Shown piece after piece: positions 17,853-28,745 of a stretch of 64,000 nucleotides of DNA. The stretch's first letter is position 1, and each line of letters begins with the position of its first letter. A program made the position numbers and the translations under genes. The notes below the pieces were generated by a model, which searched no databases, had not been told where the DNA came from, and saw only the letters and a list, made by a program, of their open reading frames with translations. Source of the stretch: Candidatus Aminicenantes bacterium (lineage in GTDB: Bacteria > Acidobacteriota > Aminicenantia > JAMOAD01); assembly GCA_027067555.1 (NCBI GenBank), contig JAMOVU010000191.1, positions 6,750-70,749 of the forward strand, in the 5' to 3' direction.

Positions 17853-18701
17853 TTAAAACAAAATATTCAGTGTTTTAAAAATAATGGAAGAGGCAATATA
17901 AGAATATTGAGGTAGGTTTTTTATAGGTAAAAATTCAGTAAAATCTATCCCCACAATCTTCTTTTCAGTTTTTTTTATAATTTTTAAAATTTTTTCATAC
18001 TCTTCCAATGTACCCCCTTCTATTTCCGGAGTTCCCACTGCAGGAATTATGGAAGGATCAAAAAAATCAAAGTCAACGGAAATATATATCTTCTCATCTG
18101 TTTGACTCAATCTTTTTGCAAATTTTTTTTCATCAAAATTTTTCAAATCAAAAATTTCAATGCCATCTTTTTTAGAAAATTCAAAATCTTCGATTGAGCC
18201 AGCTCTCATCCCCACCCCGGTGATATCAAAGCCCTCTTCATATATTCTTCTCATAACACAGGCATGGGAAAATTTGGTCCCCTCATAAGAATCTCTCATA
18301 TCATAGTGAGCATCAAAAAAAACAATTGAAAAATTACCCTTTATTTTCTTGATTGCTCTGACAATCGGAAGTGTAATAGTATGCTCCCCTCCTATTGAAA
18401 TGAAATATTTACTTTCCTTATATTCTTCTTTAACTCTTTTTTCAATTTTTCCAAGCGAAATTTCTTCACTATCTTCCTTTTTGAATTCCACCGGTTTTAA
18501 AGTGTAAAAATCTTCATCTCTGTAAATCTTACCTGTTTCAGGGTCAAAAAGTTCAAGAGAGTATGAGTTTTTAATTATTTCTTCCGGGGCTCTGGATGTC
18601 CCCTTTAGAAAAGATGTTGTTTTTTCATACGGAATGGGAAGAAAGAGATATTTTGCTTTTTCATAGGAAAGGTTTTCACTATCAAGAAAAGTATCAACCA
18701 T
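17853..18701 (-). CDS. Arginase/agmatinase-family ureohydrolase (probable agmatinase)
   Basis: GGEHTITLPIV, FDAHYDMRD and SVDFDFFDPS, which are the Mn-binding motifs. Confidence 0.8.
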   Translation of the reverse strand: MVDTFLDSENLSYEKAKYLFLPIPYEKTTSFLKGTSRAPEEIIKNSYSLELFDPETGKIYRDEDFYTLKPVEFKKEDSEEISLGKIEKRVKEEYKESKYFISIGGEHTITLPIVRAIKKIKGNFSIVFFDAHYDMRDSYEGTKFSHACVMRRIYEEGFDITGVGMRAGSIEDFEFSKKDGIEIFDLKNFDEKKFAKRLSQTDEKIYISVDFDFFDPSIIPAVGTPEIEGGTLEEYEKILKIIKKTEKKIVGIDFTEFLPIKNLPQYSYIASSIIFKTLNILF

Positions 18702-19863
18702 TTATAGCTTCCGCTATTTTTGAAATTCCTTCTCTTATATCTTCCTCTGACGCTGCATAGGAAATTCTAATAAAACCCTCTGTTCCGAAAGCCTCCCCGG
18801 GAACTACCACCACATGAAATTTTTCAATAAGATGCTCGGAGAATTCATAAGTGTTTTTAAACTTTCCTTTGATAGCATCTTTTACATAGGGAAAAAGGTA
18901 AAAAGCTCCTTCCGGTTTTGTTATTTTTATTTTGGGAATCTTTTTTAAAAGAGAATAAGCAAGATCTCTTCTTCTCTCATACTCTCTTACCATTTTTTCA
19001 ATCTCATCCTTCTCATCAGTTAAAGCTACAAGAGCTGCATATTGAGAGGGGGTTGCAGGGTTTGATGTAGAATGACTTTGAAGTATTTTCATATAATTTA
19101 TTATTTCTTCAGGACCAAAGGTAAATCCCACTCTCCATCCTGTCATTGCAAAAGTTTTTGAAAAAGAACCCGAAATCAAAACTCTGTCTTTTGCCTCTGG
19201 GAAAATTTTTAAAGGAGACGGATATTCAGAATTATCATAAATTATTCTTCTATAACACTCATCCACAAGAAGATAAAAGTCGTATTCAATTGCAGCTTTC
19301 AATAGTTTCTCAAGCTCTTCCTCCTTCATTATTATTCCCGTAGGGTTTGAAGGGGAAGAAAGGATAAAAAGTTTTATACCTTTTTTTATTTCAGGTAAAT
19401 AATCTTCAAATTTATAGTAAAAATTCTTACCATTCCAGGAGTCAATAAAAACAGGTGTAGCCCCTGTGAATTTTACTATTTCAGGATATGATACCCAGTA
19501 GGGTTTTGGGATTAAAACTCTATCTTTTTCTGACAGAAGTACATTAGCTATGAGAAAAATTGAAAACTTACTGCCCGGATGAATCATTATCTCATTAAGA
19601 TTAAATCTGTATCCCTGTTCCCTTTCGTAAACTTTGATGAGAGCTTCCCTGAGCTCCTTGATTCCGGACGCCATTGTATATTTTGTTTTATTTCCCCTGA
19701 TAGCTTTTATTCCAGCCTCTTTTATGTATTCGGGAGTGGGAAAATCAGGTTCACCCACACTTAAGGAAATTACTCTTTTTCCTTGATCTTTTAACTCCTT
19801 TGCCTTTACAACAAGTGCTAAGGTTGAACTTATTTTTAATTTTTTAATTTTTTCATTCAGCAT
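18694..19863 (-). CDS. PLP-dependent aminotransferase class I (aspartate aminotransferase-like)
   Basis: The Lys motif SFSKTFAMTGWRVGF and NPTG. Confidence 0.85.
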   Translation of the reverse strand: MLNEKIKKLKISSTLALVVKAKELKDQGKRVISLSVGEPDFPTPEYIKEAGIKAIRGNKTKYTMASGIKELREALIKVYEREQGYRFNLNEIMIHPGSKFSIFLIANVLLSEKDRVLIPKPYWVSYPEIVKFTGATPVFIDSWNGKNFYYKFEDYLPEIKKGIKLFILSSPSNPTGIIMKEEELEKLLKAAIEYDFYLLVDECYRRIIYDNSEYPSPLKIFPEAKDRVLISGSFSKTFAMTGWRVGFTFGPEEIINYMKILQSHSTSNPATPSQYAALVALTDEKDEIEKMVREYERRRDLAYSLLKKIPKIKITKPEGAFYLFPYVKDAIKGKFKNTYEFSEHLIEKFHVVVVPGEAFGTEGFIRISYAASEEDIREGISKIAEAING

Positions 19864-19926
19864 TAACTATTATATATAAATAGAAAGGGCATTTCAATCA
19901 ATTTTTAAAAAATAACAAACAATCCT

Positions 19927-20907
19927 TTACAGAAAGCCTTTCTCTTTCATCCAATCATCATTAAATATTGTGCTTACATATTTAAAGGCAGTATCAGGAA
20001 AAATTGTAACTATTCTCGCAGGTTTATCCAATTTTTCCAGAAGCTTAATAACTCCCCAATAAGCGGCTCCGCTGGATCCTCCTCCTAAAATCGCCTCTTC
20101 TCTTACTAATTTTCTCGTATAAAGAAAGGCCTCTTTATCGCTTATTTTATACATATCATCTATAACCGAAAAATCAACACACTTTATTAAAAATTCATCT
20201 CCAAGACCTTCCAGAAGATATGGAGAAGCTTTTGTGATTTTGCCATAATGAAAATAATCGTAAAAAATGGAACCTACGGGATCTATCGCTATCACTTTAA
20301 TGTTCGGATCCTTTTCCTTTAAATATCTACCTACTCCGCAAATAGTTCCCCCGGTCCCAATTCCAGCAACAAAATAATCTATTTTCCCTTCCATCTGCTC
20401 CCAGATTTCAGGACCTGTGGTCATATAATGAGCCTCATTATTGTCTCTATTGTTGTGCTGATCCGGAAAATAAGAGTTGGGGGTTTTTTCAACTATGGAA
20501 GGGGTAATATTATTATAGCTATTCGGGTCTTCAGGGGGAAGGGTACTATCCACTTTGATAAGGTCAACACCAAGAGCTTCAAGAAGATTGACTTTTTCCT
20601 TGCTTGTTCGATCCCTTATAACAATCTTTAGTTTATATCCTTTTTGAATTGCAACCAATGCAAGCCCTAAAGCAGTATTTCCTGAAGAATTTTCAATTAT
20701 TATTGAATCTTCCTTTATCTTCCCCTCTCTTTCAGCTTTTTCTATCATATATTTTGCAATTCTATCCTTAATACTTCCCATGGGATTGTAAAATTCAAGT
20801 TTTGCATAAACCTCTGCATTAACCTTATTTTTTAATTTATTAAGTTTTACAAGGGGTGTGTTTCCCACAACATCAAGGATATTCTCATATACATTTTTTT
20901 TCATCAT
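19927..20907 (-). CDS. Cysteine synthase / CBS-family PLP enzyme (fold-type II)
   Basis: GSIKDR in the PLP-Lys region and the [15 protein letters not shown] glycine loop. Confidence 0.8.
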   Translation of the reverse strand: MMKKNVYENILDVVGNTPLVKLNKLKNKVNAEVYAKLEFYNPMGSIKDRIAKYMIEKAEREGKIKEDSIIIENSSGNTALGLALVAIQKGYKLKIVIRDRTSKEKVNLLEALGVDLIKVDSTLPPEDPNSYNNITPSIVEKTPNSYFPDQHNNRDNNEAHYMTTGPEIWEQMEGKIDYFVAGIGTGGTICGVGRYLKEKDPNIKVIAIDPVGSIFYDYFHYGKITKASPYLLEGLGDEFLIKCVDFSVIDDMYKISDKEAFLYTRKLVREEAILGGGSSGAAYWGVIKLLEKLDKPARIVTIFPDTAFKYVSTIFNDDWMKEKGFL

Positions 20908-21932
20908 TTATCTCCGATTATATTTTTGATATTTTCTTCATAAGGTGGAAGTATAACACCTTTTTCAGTAATAATCCCGGAAACATATCTTGAAGGGGTA
21001 ACATCAAAAGCAGGGTTTTTTATTTTAACTTCTTCGGGAGCAATCCTCTTTCCATTGATAACCAAAACTTCATTTCTATTTCTTTCCTCAATGGGAATCT
21101 CTTCTCCACTTCTAAGTGAAAGATCAAATGTGGAGTAGGGAGCTGCTACATAAAAGGGGATACCATGCTCCTTTGCCAAAACAGCTACGGAGTAAGTCCC
21201 TATTTTATTGGCAAAATCTCCATTTGCGACTATTCGGTCAGCACCAACAACCACCTTTTTTATCTCTCCCTTTTTCATAAAAAAGCCTGCCATATTATCA
21301 GAAATCAAATATGTCTCTATCCCATCCTTTAAAAGTTCCCATGTAGTAAGTCTTGCTCCTTGAAGAAAAGGCCTTGTTTCATCGGCAAATACTCTGATTT
21401 TCTTCCCTGAGAAATGAGCTGCTCTTATAACACCCAAAGCTGTTCCATACCCGCCAGTTGCCAGAGCTCCCGCATTACAATGGGTTAGTATTGTATCTCC
21501 ATTATCAATGAGAGAATTTCCGAATTCTCCCATCTTTTTATTCATCTCAACATCTTCTCTTTCTATCTCAAGAGCCTCTTCTATCAGAGCTTTTGATTTT
21601 TCCCCATAGCTTTTTCCTTGAGAAGACTCATATTTTATTTTCATCCTATCTATAGCCCAAAAAAGATTTTTTGCAGTGGGCCTTGTTTTGGAAAGTCTTT
21701 CACATATATTTAGAAAAGCATTTTTATCATCCTTTCCTAAGTTCTTGTACCCCAGAGCTATCCCCATTGCAGCAGCAATACCGATAGCCGGAGCTCCTCT
21801 TATTATCATCTTTTCAATTGCTTCAGCCACTTCCTCAAAGGTTTTTAATTCATGGTAAATTTCCTCCACAGGAAGTTTTCTCTGATCAACCATAATTATC
21901 CTGTCATCTTTCCACTCTATTGTCGGTAGCAT
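20904..21932 (-). CDS. mtnA: S-methyl-5-thioribose-1-phosphate isomerase (eIF-2B alpha/beta/delta family)
   Basis: [21 protein letters not shown] and the family core [12 protein letters not shown]. Confidence 0.85.
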   Translation of the reverse strand: MLPTIEWKDDRIIMVDQRKLPVEEIYHELKTFEEVAEAIEKMIIRGAPAIGIAAAMGIALGYKNLGKDDKNAFLNICERLSKTRPTAKNLFWAIDRMKIKYESSQGKSYGEKSKALIEEALEIEREDVEMNKKMGEFGNSLIDNGDTILTHCNAGALATGGYGTALGVIRAAHFSGKKIRVFADETRPFLQGARLTTWELLKDGIETYLISDNMAGFFMKKGEIKKVVVGADRIVANGDFANKIGTYSVAVLAKEHGIPFYVAAPYSTFDLSLRSGEEIPIEERNRNEVLVINGKRIAPEEVKIKNPAFDVTPSRYVSGIITEKGVILPPYEENIKNIIGDK

Positions 21933-22707
21933 AATACCTCCTTAAAATTTTTTCATACTTTTCAGCAAGCTTTTTATCCATACTCTTTAAAATAAATTTT
22001 ATTGAATAAAGAATATCTCTTTTGTATATTTCTCCTATACCAAATTCAAGGCTTAGGATAGCCTCTGTCAGTGCTTTTTCTCTCCTTTTGGAATTGAGGT
22101 AAAGAGAGAATAGATAATAATGCAAAAGGGGAGAGGAAAAATCTTTGTTTGTGAGCTTTTCAATAATTTTTATTCCAGAAATATATTTTTTTTCATTGAT
22201 TCTTTTTTCTCTAAAAAGAAGTATCAAAGATTGTGAATAAATCTCAGCAGCAGAAATTTTCAGATTATATTTTTTTGTTTTCAGAAGATTTGCCGAGAGC
22301 TCTTTTGAGATTTCATAATAGCCCTTTTTTAAAAAATAGATTGATTTCAATAGTAAAAATTCCTCTCTAAAAAGTACAGGTGGATAGGAAACCTTCTCAA
22401 TTTCATTGATAGCCTTTTCATCCTCCCCGATTTCAAGATAAGATAGAGCTTTGTAGTATTTTTTCAAAAAGGGAGAAAGCTCTTCTTTATCCGCTTCCTC
22501 AATAACAGTTTTAAAGTATGCAATTGATTCTTTTGTATATCCCCCTGTTTTAAGGGCTTTGGCTTTATTAAAAAGGCTGTTAATCCTTGTTTGAGGAGAG
22601 ACGCAGGAGAAGAAAAATATTGAAAATAATATTAAAAGAAAAAGCTTATGATAATTTTTCAAATATAATCTCCCTGAAATTCTTTTTATCATAAATTTCC
22701 TCTGCAA
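21904..22707 (-). CDS. Hypothetical lipoprotein (signal peptide with an FFSC lipobox), helical/TPR-like
   Basis: [15 protein letters not shown] lipobox. No catalytic motifs were seen. Confidence 0.5.
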   Translation of the reverse strand: MQRKFMIKRISGRLYLKNYHKLFLLILFSIFFFSCVSPQTRINSLFNKAKALKTGGYTKESIAYFKTVIEEADKEELSPFLKKYYKALSYLEIGEDEKAINEIEKVSYPPVLFREEFLLLKSIYFLKKGYYEISKELSANLLKTKKYNLKISAAEIYSQSLILLFREKRINEKKYISGIKIIEKLTNKDFSSPLLHYYLFSLYLNSKRREKALTEAILSLEFGIGEIYKRDILYSIKFILKSMDKKLAEKYEKILRRYYATDNRVER

Positions 22708-23197
22708 AAGCTTTAACCATCAGATTTATTGTATTAAAAAGATTATCTTTTATTTTTGATGTTTTTATCTTCTTAATTCCTTCCAAAATCTTTTTTCTTT
22801 TGTTTTTATATATTTTTGAAATCCGGTAAAGGTTTCCTTTCTTTAGCTCGTCTTGCAATATAAAACACAAAAAGGGTTCTTTCAATTCTATCAAAGGATA
22901 AAGTATTTTAAATTCTTCTCTTAATGTTTTCAAATCCTTTTCTCTTATCTCCTTTTGATAAAGTTTACTTAAAACTTTATTCTCCTCGAAAAAATATAAA
23001 ATAAAATCATCCGGCTTTGAACTTACGATTGTGCTCAGTCTGGGAATTATTATCTTTGTATTTTCATTTATCCGCTCATTTCTTTTTAATGCTGTGTAAA
23101 TAAGGGAAAAAAGAATATAAGCTGCTTCCTCTTGATTCTTTAATAAATGTGGTTTTACCAAATCATAAAATTTCTTAATTAGTGCACTAAAATTCAT
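22646..23197 (-). CDS. Hypothetical protein, 183 aa
   Basis: An ORF with coding-like composition and no recognisable motifs. Confidence 0.4.
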   Translation of the reverse strand: MNFSALIKKFYDLVKPHLLKNQEEAAYILFSLIYTALKRNERINENTKIIIPRLSTIVSSKPDDFILYFFEENKVLSKLYQKEIREKDLKTLREEFKILYPLIELKEPFLCFILQDELKKGNLYRISKIYKNKRKKILEGIKKIKTSKIKDNLFNTINLMVKAFAEEIYDKKNFREIIFEKLS

Positions 23198-23327
23198 CTT
23201 TTCTCCGATAAGATTTAATTATTTTACTCTAATCAATTTGTTTTATCAACAGAAAATTTTCTCCTCTAACTTTATTTTGGGAGAAAAAAATCGGCAAGAA
23301 AAGATTAAATTTTATAGTGGTTTCTAT

Positions 23328-24431
23328 TTAAGCTTCCTCTGATTCTGGCTCATCCTTTGTTATTACAAAGGACAGAGCAATTAATGTTACCCCTACCAGA
23401 ATTATTGTTACTGAAATATTTGAAATTTTTGAAAAAAGCCCGGAAAAAATTTTATTTAAAAGAAGTATTATTCTTTCTGAAAAAATTGCTTCTATTTGAG
23501 AAACCTCAGAATCATAATTAAGATTTATTGCACTTATTGGAATTATCCCTATGGTTTTTACTATTCCTGATACAAAAGAGTGAAGAGCAAGACTTCCAAC
23601 TCCAGTTATTACAGTAGCTCCTCCACCCCATCTCAATATCCCCTGAATTGAAGAATCAGCAACAACAGCCCCTAAAAAAATAAAAAAGAATGGAATAAGG
23701 AAAACAACATAGGAGTAAGTATTTAAAGTTCTTAAAATTTTTATGTTTCTAATGGTTTCCGATGGATTATTTCGATAATTTGAAAAAGCTCCATGATTTT
23801 TTAGGATGTCAGTTTCATCGGGCATCTCTTTAACAGAGGCTTCAAGGTTTTTCTTTATCAATTCTTTTATCTTTTCTTCACTTAAAGAGGTTGGATTACA
23901 GGTAGGCGGATTTTCTCTGAAATTTTCTATCTTTACAAGCCACTCCTCTTCTTCTGTTTTGGAACATGGAGGAAGATTTTTAATTAATTTTGCAAGATAA
24001 TCGGAGAGATAATCTCCAGTAATAGCTGCCTTCAAAGGCCTGAGATTAAGTTTTATAGAGCGTATTTCAGTTTCACCTGAGAGGACTTTCCCCAAAAGAT
24101 ACATTGAATCTGAAAGATCCTCCTCAAACCATTTTGTAAAACCGGCTTTTTCCATTACCTCCTTTGTGGGGATTCCAACTTTTGCCATTGCTGTAAGCCA
24201 CTTTCTTGATTCCTCATCTATTTCCGGATCATCGGGATTTTCCTTTGCTTTCTCTATTAAATCATTAACAAGCTCGGGAATTTCAGTGACAATCATCTGA
24301 GGTAAATCTTTATAAAATTGAGAAGAGAGAGCTCCCTTTGCAATTCCAACACCCCATATTATACCAAATAGAATAGGCATTCCTAAAAATAAAAGAATCA
24401 GTGCTCCAAAAATTTTTCTAAGGACATTCAT
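23328..24431 (-). CDS. Hypothetical membrane protein, 367 aa
   Basis: N- and C-terminal transmembrane helices (ILLFLGMPILFGIIWGVGIA...; C-terminal ITLIALSFVIT). Confidence 0.5.
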   Translation of the reverse strand: MNVLRKIFGALILLFLGMPILFGIIWGVGIAKGALSSQFYKDLPQMIVTEIPELVNDLIEKAKENPDDPEIDEESRKWLTAMAKVGIPTKEVMEKAGFTKWFEEDLSDSMYLLGKVLSGETEIRSIKLNLRPLKAAITGDYLSDYLAKLIKNLPPCSKTEEEEWLVKIENFRENPPTCNPTSLSEEKIKELIKKNLEASVKEMPDETDILKNHGAFSNYRNNPSETIRNIKILRTLNTYSYVVFLIPFFFIFLGAVVADSSIQGILRWGGGATVITGVGSLALHSFVSGIVKTIGIIPISAINLNYDSEVSQIEAIFSERIILLLNKIFSGLFSKISNISVTIILVGVTLIALSFVITKDEPESEEA

Positions 24432-24487
24432 TTAAAACCCTCCGTCTTTAATACTTATTATAACGGAATTTTCGTATTTTTGTTCCC

Positions 24488-24985
24488 TTAAAACCTTCTT
24501 CTTTTGCTAATACTTACAAATCTCATTATTCTGTAAGTTATATACCGCTGTTTTTCTTTTGGGAATTTTTTTACTTCTTCTGTTGCTTTTTCAAGGAAGA
24601 TAATATCAATCTTTGCCTGATTTTCGTGAATTTCCTTAACAAGAGCTTTTGTTTTTGCTATATCTCCACTGTTTATACTCTGGAAGAGCTCTCTTTTCAA
24701 GTTGATTTGTTTTACGATCAAAGGCCTTAATGTCACAAAAATATTCTTGAAAAAAGCCCTTAATTCTCTTCTCTCTTCTGCGGTAAGTTTTATATCCTTA
24801 TAGGAATAACGGGGATGATGAAATGAATTTCTGATATTTTCCGGTGCTTTTGTCTCAGGTGGGGGAAGGGGAGAAATTTGATTTGCATGAGTTGCTCTTT
24901 CATAGATTAAGTATCCTATAATTCCTATATTAAGAGCAAAGGAAAAAACCAAAAGAAAAATTATTAATCTATTCTGTTCGCTCAT
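24488..24985 (-). CDS. Periplasmic Spy/CpxP-like protein (LTxxQ-type), downstream of the ECF sigma / anti-sigma pair
   Basis: A signal/TM anchor, then LTAEERRELRAFFKNI and KALVKEIHENQ. The context is sigma, anti-sigma, then periplasmic protein. Confidence 0.5.
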   Translation of the reverse strand: MSEQNRLIIFLLVFSFALNIGIIGYLIYERATHANQISPLPPPETKAPENIRNSFHHPRYSYKDIKLTAEERRELRAFFKNIFVTLRPLIVKQINLKRELFQSINSGDIAKTKALVKEIHENQAKIDIIFLEKATEEVKKFPKEKQRYITYRIMRFVSISKRRRF

Positions 24986-25394
24986 TTAAAACCTCCTCGG
25001 CTGATATACTTTGAATATACGGTTCAATGTAAAAAGTATTCTCTTTTATAAGAGATAGGGTTTTGTCTTCCTCTTTTTTATTCAAACCCATTCCCAGAAG
25101 AACACCTATTATTAAACCTAAGGCAAAAACAATAGGATAAAGAAACTTTGTTATTTGATGGAAAAGGGAGTCTCTTTTTTGCTTTTCTATTAACTCCATT
25201 GTTTTAAAATCAAGCTCTGGCGGAACTTTTACTTTTTCCTCTTCAATATTATTTACAAAAGAAGAGAGAATTTCAAACTCTCTTTTGCATGAGGTACATT
25301 TTTTCAAATGTTCCTCAAACTCTTTTTTCAAATTATCTTCAATTTCCCCGCTTATATATATTAAAAAAAGCTCTTTTGCTTCAGAGCACCTCAT
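24969..25394 (-). CDS. Anti-sigma factor, zf-HC2 type, with a C-terminal transmembrane helix
   Basis: MRCSEAKELF...EEHLKKCTSCKREFE (H-x3-C-x2-C) and a TM helix LYPIVFALGLIIGVLLGMGL. Confidence 0.75.
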   Translation of the reverse strand: MRCSEAKELFLIYISGEIEDNLKKEFEEHLKKCTSCKREFEILSSFVNNIEEEKVKVPPELDFKTMELIEKQKRDSLFHQITKFLYPIVFALGLIIGVLLGMGLNKKEEDKTLSLIKENTFYIEPYIQSISAEEVLNERTE

Positions 25395-25962
25395 TTTTTT
25401 CTACCTCCTTTGCTTTATAATTTTTATTTCTATTATTCCTTTCTTCAATTAACCTGTAAATTTTTATTATATTTTTACCTGCCCTGCTCAAAAGAGACTC
25501 CACTGCCTTAACAGAAATATCGAGCTCACTGGAAATATCCTTTAAACTGTATCCCTCAAACTTTTGAAGTATTAGAACCATCCTTTGAGAGGGGGGAAGC
25601 TTTTTTAAAATCAAATTCACAAGCTCTTTATCACTCAATTTTTTCAAAATCAAATCTTCATAAATCAGTTCTGCTATTTTTTCTATACTTACACTTGCTT
25701 TCTCTTTTCTTAAAAAACTGAAAGTAGCATTAAGGCAAATCCTACGAAGGTATGGCCAGAAAGGTCTTGATGGGTCAATTTTTTTCTTATTTTTAAAAAC
25801 ATTTAAAAAAACTTCCTGAAATATATCCTCAGCTTTTTCTCTGTTTTTTACTATATTGTAAATAAGAGAATAAACCCTATTCTTATACTCCCCGTAAATT
25901 TTGTAAAAAGCAGACTTATCCCCTTTCTGAAAAGCAATTAGAATCTCTCTCTCATTCTCCAT
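25381..25962 (-). CDS. RNA polymerase ECF-type sigma-70 factor
   Basis: Region 2 (DIFQEVFLNVF) and region 4 HTH (LSQRMVLILQKFEGYSLKDISSELDISVKAVESLLSRA). Confidence 0.85.
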   Translation of the reverse strand: MENEREILIAFQKGDKSAFYKIYGEYKNRVYSLIYNIVKNREKAEDIFQEVFLNVFKNKKKIDPSRPFWPYLRRICLNATFSFLRKEKASVSIEKIAELIYEDLILKKLSDKELVNLILKKLPPSQRMVLILQKFEGYSLKDISSELDISVKAVESLLSRAGKNIIKIYRLIEERNNRNKNYKAKEVEKNEVL

Positions 25963-25997
25963 AAATATACTACGCTAAAAAAGAGGAAAAACCTTTC

Positions 25998-26339
25998 CTA
26001 TCCCGGAGGCCATCCGAACTTTCTCCCTCCAAGCAGATGAAGATGGATATGAAAAACCTCTTGGCCTGCATTTTTACCATTGTTAAAAACGAGTCTGAAA
26101 CCATCCTTTGTAAGTCCTTTTTCCTCTGCTATTTTTTTTGCTGTAAAAATTAATTCTCCAACCAAAGAGATATTCTCTTCTTTAATTTCCGCTATGTAGG
26201 GAATGTGTTTTTTAGGGATTATTAAGATATGAACCGGTGCCTGAGGGTTAATGTCTTCAAAAGCAACTATCCTTTCATTTTCAAAAACTATTTTAGAGGG
26301 TATTTCCTTTGCGGCAATCTTGCAGAAAATACAATCCAT
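25998..26339 (-). CDS. HIT-family nucleotide hydrolase (Hint-like)
   Basis: MDCIFCKI... and HIHLHLLGG. Confidence 0.85.
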   Translation of the reverse strand: MDCIFCKIAAKEIPSKIVFENERIVAFEDINPQAPVHILIIPKKHIPYIAEIKEENISLVGELIFTAKKIAEEKGLTKDGFRLVFNNGKNAGQEVFHIHLHLLGGRKFGWPPG

Positions 26340-26349
26340 TTATCCCTCC

Positions 26350-27606
26350 TTACTCTGTTTTATTTATATTTCCGCCTACTTTTTTTAATTTTTCCGCAAG
26401 TTTTTCATATCCCCTTTCAAGATGATAGATATCGTGAATTATGGTTTTCCCATTGGCAATTAAAGCTGCTATTACAAGGGAAGCGGAAGCTCTCAAGTCT
26501 GTAGCTAATACCTCAGCTCCCGAAAGTTCTGTTTTCCCCATTACACTTACTTCTCCGTTTCCGAGTTTCTTTATATTAGCACCCAATCTTAAAAGTTCGT
26601 CAACATGGTGAAACCTACCGGGAAAGATTGTATCTCTTATTATGGACCTACCCTCTGCTTGCGTAAGAAGAACCATAAATTGAGCCTGCATATCTGTGGG
26701 GAAGCCGGGAAATGGCTGGGTTTCTATATCAACAGGATTTATTTTTTCGCTTCTCCTTACCATATAATAATCACTCCCTTCTTTCGGGAAAACCCCTGCC
26801 TCATTTAATTTTAATATAATGCTCCTTACATGCTCTGGAATTACATTTGAGATACGAAGATTTTTTGCTATTAGAGAACCAATTATTAAATAAGTACCTG
26901 TTTCTATTCTATCAGGTATTATCGAATACTCTACAGGATGAAGTTTTTTTACACCCTTTACTTTTATTATGTCCGTACCGGCACCTTCTATCTTTGCTCC
27001 CATTTTAATCAAGAGGTTTGCGAGATCTGTAACCTCAGGTTCTTTTGCCGCATTTTCTATAACTGTTTCTCCCTCTGCCAAAACAGCTGCCATAAGAATG
27101 TTTTCAGTGCCAGTAACACTTACCTTTTCAAAATTCAATCTTGTCCCCTTAAGTCTTCTTTTCACTTTTGCAATTATTGTCCCATGCTCCACCCTTATTT
27201 CAGCCCCCATTCTTCTTAAATTCTCTATGTGAAGATCCACAGGCCTTGCGCCTATTTTACATCCTCCCGGGTAAGCAACTCTCACTTCTCCATACCTGGT
27301 TAGAAGCGGTCCTAATACAAGAATGGAAGCCCTCATCTTTTTTACATATTCATAAGGGGCCTCAAGAGAGGATAACTTTTTATTATTAAGGCGAATTAAA
27401 TTATTTTTTTCATCTATGGTAATCTCCCCTCCCAATCCTTTAATAAGGAGGGTCATTGATTTTATATCCTCTACAATAGGTATGTTTTTAAGGAGGATTT
27501 CATCCGTTAAAAGGGAGGCAGCCATAGCCGGAAGTGCAGAATTTTTTGCTCCGGAAATTCTGATTTCTCCCTCTAACTCATTCTGTCCTATTACCTCTAA
27601 TTTCAT
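26350..27606 (-). CDS. murA: UDP-N-acetylglucosamine 1-carboxyvinyltransferase
   Basis: [20 protein letters not shown], and EPSP-synthase-fold length. Confidence 0.9.
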   Translation of the reverse strand: MKLEVIGQNELEGEIRISGAKNSALPAMAASLLTDEILLKNIPIVEDIKSMTLLIKGLGGEITIDEKNNLIRLNNKKLSSLEAPYEYVKKMRASILVLGPLLTRYGEVRVAYPGGCKIGARPVDLHIENLRRMGAEIRVEHGTIIAKVKRRLKGTRLNFEKVSVTGTENILMAAVLAEGETVIENAAKEPEVTDLANLLIKMGAKIEGAGTDIIKVKGVKKLHPVEYSIIPDRIETGTYLIIGSLIAKNLRISNVIPEHVRSIILKLNEAGVFPKEGSDYYMVRRSEKINPVDIETQPFPGFPTDMQAQFMVLLTQAEGRSIIRDTIFPGRFHHVDELLRLGANIKKLGNGEVSVMGKTELSGAEVLATDLRASASLVIAALIANGKTIIHDIYHLERGYEKLAEKLKKVGGNINKTE

Positions 27607-27677
27607 AAAGAATGATAATCTAAATTAACAATTCTGTAAATAGACTGATTAACAAGGAGGTGTTTTTCAAGTAAAAA

Positions 27678-28733
27678 CTAAGGATTGTTCTTGTTCTTCA
27701 GATAGTCCAAATCTGCTTTTACCATCATCTTTACAAGTTCATGGAAACTTACCTGTGGCTCCCAACCAAGTTTGTTTTTTGCCTTTGTATAATCTCCCCA
27801 GAGAAAACGAACATCCAGAGGTCTGTAATAACGGGGGTTTATTTCCACTAAAACCTTCCCGGAAGCTTTGTCTATTCCTTTCTCATCAACACCTTCTCCT
27901 TTCCATTCAAGCTCTATTCCAACCTCTTTAAAGGCAAGTTCAACAAATTCCCTTACTGAATGGGATTCTCCCGAAGCAATTACAAAATCTTCCGGCTCCT
28001 CCTGCTGAAGCATCATCCACATAGCTCTTACATAATCGCCTGCAAAGCCCCAATCTCTTTTAGCATCAAGGTTTCCCAAATAGAGCTTTTCCTCCAAACC
28101 GAGCTTTATCGCAGCCACTCCCAAAGTTATTTTCCTTGTGACAAAATTTTCCCCTCTTCTCGGGCTTTCATGATTAAAAAGAATTCCATTGCAAGCGAAA
28201 ACCCCATAAGATTCTCTGTAGTTTACAGTTATCCAGTAAGCATAAAGTTTTGCAACTGCATAAGGGCTTGAAGGATGAAAAGGAGTTGTCTCCTTTTGAG
28301 GAAACTCCGTAGTATTTCCGAAAAGTTCGCTTGTTGAAGCCTGATAAAATTTTGTCTTATCCTGTAAGTTAAGCTCCACTATTGTATCAAGAATCCTGAG
28401 TGTACCCACAGCATCTGAATTTGCTGTGTACTCCGGAGCTTCAAAAGATATTCTTACATGACTCTGGGCTGCTAAATTGTATATCTCATCAGGCTGAACT
28501 TTAGCTATGATTTTATATATCGAAGAACTATCTGTCATATCTCCGTAATGTAGAAAAATCTTTTGTCCGTTTTCCCTTGCTCTCCTGACTATTGGATCTA
28601 TTCTGAACCTATTAATAAGGGAACTTGTCCTTCGAACTATTCCGTGAACTTCATATCCCTTTTCAAGCAAAAACTCTGCAAGATAGGAACCATCCTGTCC
28701 TGTTATTCCAGTTATTAAAGCTTTTTTGTTCAT
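27678..28733 (-). CDS. gmd: GDP-mannose 4,6-dehydratase
   Basis: [34 protein letters not shown] and the [10 protein letters not shown] catalytic Y/K. Confidence 0.9.
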   Translation of the reverse strand: MNKKALITGITGQDGSYLAEFLLEKGYEVHGIVRRTSSLINRFRIDPIVRRARENGQKIFLHYGDMTDSSSIYKIIAKVQPDEIYNLAAQSHVRISFEAPEYTANSDAVGTLRILDTIVELNLQDKTKFYQASTSELFGNTTEFPQKETTPFHPSSPYAVAKLYAYWITVNYRESYGVFACNGILFNHESPRRGENFVTRKITLGVAAIKLGLEEKLYLGNLDAKRDWGFAGDYVRAMWMMLQQEEPEDFVIASGESHSVREFVELAFKEVGIELEWKGEGVDEKGIDKASGKVLVEINPRYYRPLDVRFLWGDYTKAKNKLGWEPQVSFHELVKMMVKADLDYLKNKNNP

Positions 28734-28745
28734 CTTTTCCTCCTT